A stretch of 64,000 nt of DNA from positions 20,642-84,641 of the forward strand of contig CAYWMD010000027.1 in assembly GCA_964458575.1 (NCBI GenBank), read 5' to 3'. This document shows, piece after piece, positions 60,869-64,000 of this stretch (its first letter is position 1; every line of letters starts with the position of its first letter). This stretch comes from an uncultured Bifidobacteriaceae bacterium. Its GTDB lineage: Bacteria > Verrucomicrobiota > Verrucomicrobiia > Limisphaerales > JADLHS01. The translations under genes and the position numbers were made by a program. Below the pieces are notes generated by a model. It saw only the letters and a program-made list of their open reading frames with translations. It made no database searches and was not told where the DNA came from.

Positions 60869-61315
60869 TCAAGGCTTCACAAAATCGTTCTTTAAACTAT
60901 CGAAAACGATGTCGTCTTTATCTCCGAATTTTCGATTCTGGCCCGCGGAGCGTATGACGTAGTTGGTCTGAATGTTCACTTTGATTCGGTAAGGTGTGCG
61001 CCAGTGATCCAGTAATTCGCCGTTTAGGTTCGTTTTGCTCGCATGAATGAGAATTCCTCTGTTAGTTGAACCGAAGAAAGCCGCCGGAATGGATTGGTCT
61101 AGCCCGAGTTGGAATTGAGTGTCCAACCAACCAAAACCACGCTGCCTCAATGCCACGTTGATCGCGATTACCTCGCGTCGCGTTCTTGCCCTGCCGGCGG
61201 AACCCGGGCCTCCGAAAGTCGGCAGGAACAGACTCACCACACATGGAATGATCACAAATACAATAAATAGCCCGAGCAAGAATCCCGGTCGAATTCGCAT
61301 CTGGGATTGGTCCAT
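60869..61315 (-). CDS. Membrane-anchored protein with T2SS GspG-like C-terminal domain
   Basis: N-terminal hydrophobic helix, but no canonical GFTLIE prepilin motif. C-terminal LLDHWRTPYRIKV ... IRSAGQNRKFGDKDDIVFDS resembles the GspG DxWGxPY ... SxGxDG ... DDI block. Confidence 0.45.
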   Translation of the reverse strand: MDQSQMRIRPGFLLGLFIVFVIIPCVVSLFLPTFGGPGSAGRARTRREVIAINVALRQRGFGWLDTQFQLGLDQSIPAAFFGSTNRGILIHASKTNLNGELLDHWRTPYRIKVNIQTNYVIRSAGQNRKFGDKDDIVFDSLKNDFVKP

Positions 61316-61325
61316 ATTTGCCCCA

Positions 61326-62519
61326 TCACGCCATCAACGCTGCATCCCAATCCTTCCACACCGGTTCGTAGCCAAGGCGTTGGATGGACTGGGCCACCTC
61401 GTCGGCGGAACGTTCATCGGCGATGTTGAACTGGCCGGTCGCATTCGTCGTGTGACCGTTCGTGGCCCACTCACTGGATCCAGTCTCCACGATGCGCCCG
61501 CGCACGGTCTGATGCGTGTGTTCCCGTCCCGCGCCGGTGTAGCCGCCCGGCTCGGTGTGGCTGCCCGCGCTCATCAAGGTAATGCCCAGCGGAATCAAAC
61601 CGTCGCGAAGCTTCGCCGGTTCGCGCGTCGAGAGCACCAGCCCTACATCGGGGAACATCAATCGAAATGCGCAGACCAGTTGCACCAGTTCCCGATCCGT
61701 CATGTGCGTGAGCGGTTGAAACTCGCCCGCGCACGGACGCAGCCGCGGCAGCGAGATGGTGAGGTAAGCCTTCCAGCAATTGCGCAGAAGATAATCGGCG
61801 TGCGCCGCCACGCACAACGCCTCGTAGCGCCAGTCCGCCAGCCCGTAAAGCGCGCCGATGCCGATGCGTCGAAAGCCCGCCGCGTACGCGCGCTCCGGCG
61901 TTTCCAGCCGCCAGTCGAAATTCCGCTTCGGTCCGGCAGTGTGCATGTCGGCATACACCGCCCGATCATACGTCTCCTGATACACGACCAGGCCATCCGC
62001 GCCAGCCGCGACGAGCGGTTGGTAGTCCGCGGTTTCCATCGGTCCAACTTCGAGCGAAACGCTGGGAAACTCCGTGTGCAACGCCGCCACACATTCTGCG
62101 AGATAGCCGTTGGAAACAAATTTCGGGTGCTCACCAGCAACCAGCAAAATGTTGCGAAAGCCCTGCGCCGTCAGTGCGCGTGCCTCGCGCAGCACTTCAT
62201 TGACCGAGAGGGTCACCCGCAGAATGGCATTGTCGCGCGAGAAGCCGCAGTATCGGCAATTGTTGATGCACTCGTTGGAGAGGTAAAGCGGCGCAAAGAG
62301 CCGGATGACCTTGCCGAACCGTTGCCGCGTGATTTGCTGTGAACGCCGTCCCATGGCTTCCAGCAGCTCGCCGGCCGCCGGCGAAATCAATTGAGCGAAG
62401 TCCGCCAGAGTCCGCCGGTCCTTGGCCAAGCATTCGCGCGCGCCAGACGTCGCCGCCGCTTTCGACCGCTTCACAAGCGGGTCGAGCGGCAGGGAGTTGA
62501 ATTCCGCAACAAAGCTCAC
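61326..62519 (-). CDS. thiH: 2-iminoacetate synthase ThiH (radical SAM)
   Basis: Radical-SAM cluster motif YLSNECINNCRYCGF. 397-aa length fits ThiH rather than HydG. Confidence 0.8.
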   Translation of the reverse strand: MSFVAEFNSLPLDPLVKRSKAAATSGARECLAKDRRTLADFAQLISPAAGELLEAMGRRSQQITRQRFGKVIRLFAPLYLSNECINNCRYCGFSRDNAILRVTLSVNEVLREARALTAQGFRNILLVAGEHPKFVSNGYLAECVAALHTEFPSVSLEVGPMETADYQPLVAAGADGLVVYQETYDRAVYADMHTAGPKRNFDWRLETPERAYAAGFRRIGIGALYGLADWRYEALCVAAHADYLLRNCWKAYLTISLPRLRPCAGEFQPLTHMTDRELVQLVCAFRLMFPDVGLVLSTREPAKLRDGLIPLGITLMSAGSHTEPGGYTGAGREHTHQTVRGRIVETGSSEWATNGHTTNATGQFNIADERSADEVAQSIQRLGYEPVWKDWDAALMA

Positions 62520-62623
62520 GATGGAAGCGTAACAGTCACCGCGAAAAAGTCGAGATTCGCCGATTCCAACCGTGCCCGTTTTTCCTTCACCCGGCGGCGC
62601 ATCCTGCTACTCTCCGCGCCTTC

Positions 62624-63760
62624 ATGACTCCAAAACATTTCAAAATTGCGGCATTGGCCGGCGATGGCATCGGGCCGGAAGTCATGCGCGAAGCCATCAA
62701 GGTTCTGCGCGCGGTTGAAAAAAAGTCCGGCCTCAAACTGCAAATCACCGAAGCGCCGGTCGGCTGGGCGGGCATTGACGCCGCGGGGAAGGCGTTGCCG
62801 GATGACACGCTCGCGCTTTGCAAACATTCGGACGCCATTCTGTTTGGCTCGGTGGGTTTGCCGGACCGTGACCCGACCATCGCCAAGGAAAAGCGTCCGG
62901 AACGCGCGGCTTTGCTGCGACTGAGGAAGGAGTTTGATTTGTTCGCCAATCTTCGCCCGGTGAAACTGCCGAAGGAACTGGCGGGAATTTGTCCTTTGCG
63001 GTGCGAACGCCAGGGCAAGGGCATTGACGTGCTGGTCGTGCGTGAGTTGACTGCTGGGCTTTACTTCGGCCCCAAATCCACCGAGGAAGTGGTGGAGTTG
63101 CATGAACATCCCCACAAGCAACGCCGTTATCGCAAAGCCGTGGACACGATGGTCATCACCTGCGGCGAGATCGAGCGCATTGCACACGTGGCGTTTCAGG
63201 CCGCCCGGCAGCGACGTAAACACGTCACGAGCATTGATAAAGCAAACGTCCTGGAAACCGGCGTCCTATGGCGCGAAGTGGTCACGAACCTCGCCAAACA
63301 ATATCCCGACGTCACGCTCGACCACATGTTCGTGGACAACGGCGCCATGCAGCTCGTGCTGCGGCCGGACCAGTTCGACGTGATGCTGTGCGAAAACACC
63401 TTCGGCGACATTTTGAGCGACGAAGCGGCCGCGCTGGGTGGTTCGCTGGGCATGTTGCCCAGCGCCAGCCTCGGAAAGACCGATGCGCAAAAGACGTTTG
63501 GGCTTTACGAACCGGCGGGTGGCACCGCGCCGGACATCGCCGGGAAGAACCTGGCCAATCCCATTGCGCAAATCCTTTCCGCTGCGCTGATGCTGCGTCA
63601 CAGTTTTGGCCTGCCGGACGCGGCAGCGGTGATTGAATCCGCCGTGGCCAAGACCATCGCCGCGGGTTATCGCACCGGCGACATTTACCAGGCGGGCGAC
63701 TCGAAGACCAAGAAGGTCGGCACCCGCGAAATGGGCGACGCAATCGCCGCGGCGATTTGA
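62624..63760 (+). CDS. leuB: 3-isopropylmalate dehydrogenase
   Basis: IAALAGDGIGPEV, NLRP, LVVRELTAGLYFG and MLCENTFGDILSDEAAALGGSLGMLPSASLG. Confidence 0.9.
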   Translation: MTPKHFKIAALAGDGIGPEVMREAIKVLRAVEKKSGLKLQITEAPVGWAGIDAAGKALPDDTLALCKHSDAILFGSVGLPDRDPTIAKEKRPERAALLRLRKEFDLFANLRPVKLPKELAGICPLRCERQGKGIDVLVVRELTAGLYFGPKSTEEVVELHEHPHKQRRYRKAVDTMVITCGEIERIAHVAFQAARQRRKHVTSIDKANVLETGVLWREVVTNLAKQYPDVTLDHMFVDNGAMQLVLRPDQFDVMLCENTFGDILSDEAAALGGSLGMLPSASLGKTDAQKTFGLYEPAGGTAPDIAGKNLANPIAQILSAALMLRHSFGLPDAAAVIESAVAKTIAAGYRTGDIYQAGDSKTKKVGTREMGDAIAAAI

Positions 63761-63769
63761 CGACGTAGC

Positions 63770-63874
63770 GCAGATTGGCAATCTGCCGTATCCGCCGACT
63801 GGCAGTCGGCAGGATATCCACTCTTCGCTGGCGTGCGGATTGCCAATCCGCGATACGGCAGACTGCCAGTCTGC
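63770..63874. repeat. Cluster of four 17-bp perfect palindromes downstream of leuB (REP-like)
   Basis: gcagattggcaatctgc (63770), gccgactggcagtcggc (63794), gcggattgccaatccgc (63835) and gcagactgccagtctgc (63858). Consensus GCRGAYTGSCARTCYGC. Copies 1+2 and 3+4 form two larger units that are imperfect inverted repeats of each other. Confidence 0.6.
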
Positions 63875-64000
63875 GCCACGCCAGTCGCGTTTCCTGCATC
63901 AAACGCTCGGCTGATGCCACACGGGCGAAAATTCGACTGCTGCGTGGGCGCAACTTGACACCACCACCATAATGGGGGTGTGAACGGTTCCTCATCCGAG

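Noticed and set aside
61119-62342. 407-aa plus-strand ORF opposite thiH
   Set aside because: It is antisense to the radical-SAM CxxxCxxC gene.
62520-62623. Possible TPP riboswitch upstream of thiH
   Set aside because: No CUGAGA or pyrimidine-sensor helix consensus is visible in either orientation of the leader.

Overview
High-GC (about 62%) bacterial chromosomal segment. Its gene content points to the PVC superphylum, probably Verrucomicrobiota or Planctomycetota: two PSCyt/PSD1 (DUF1549/DUF1553) proteins, a DUF1501 partner, several Tat-signal Gfo/Idh/MocA oxidoreductases, prepilin-type proteins and a DUF4838 lipoprotein. About 45 protein genes are supportable. Housekeeping genes include rpoD, dnaE, infA, rpmI-rplT-pheS, leuB, thiH/thiS, pabB, ggt, an MscS channel and an MFS transporter. 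No rRNA, tRNA, CRISPR array, transposase or integrase was seen. Two things stand out. (1) A minus-strand four-gene cluster at 24.5-34.1 kb encodes an SPFH/flotillin protein, a small putative ATP-grasp ligase, a 1918-aa single-AAA(AAA_5)-domain giant ATPase with C-terminal tandem repeats, and a coiled-coil/Pro-rich protein. This is a candidate uncharacterised membrane-microdomain-associated system. (2) A family of about 160-bp MITE-like palindromic elements has roughly 20-bp terminal inverted repeats and subterminal 9-10-bp-stem hairpins, plus solo-hairpin derivatives. One copy is inserted in-frame in pabB, one in pheS, one sits at the domain junction of a sugar-isomerase/PQQ-dehydrogenase fusion ORF, and one full copy is intergenic. 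This resembles Rickettsia palindromic elements. A second, unrelated cluster of four 17-bp palindromes follows leuB at the window end. Many long ORFs in the six-frame track are antisense artefacts of the high GC content and were rejected. The ORF track reports GTG/TTG starts as 'M', so several start sites were re-placed.
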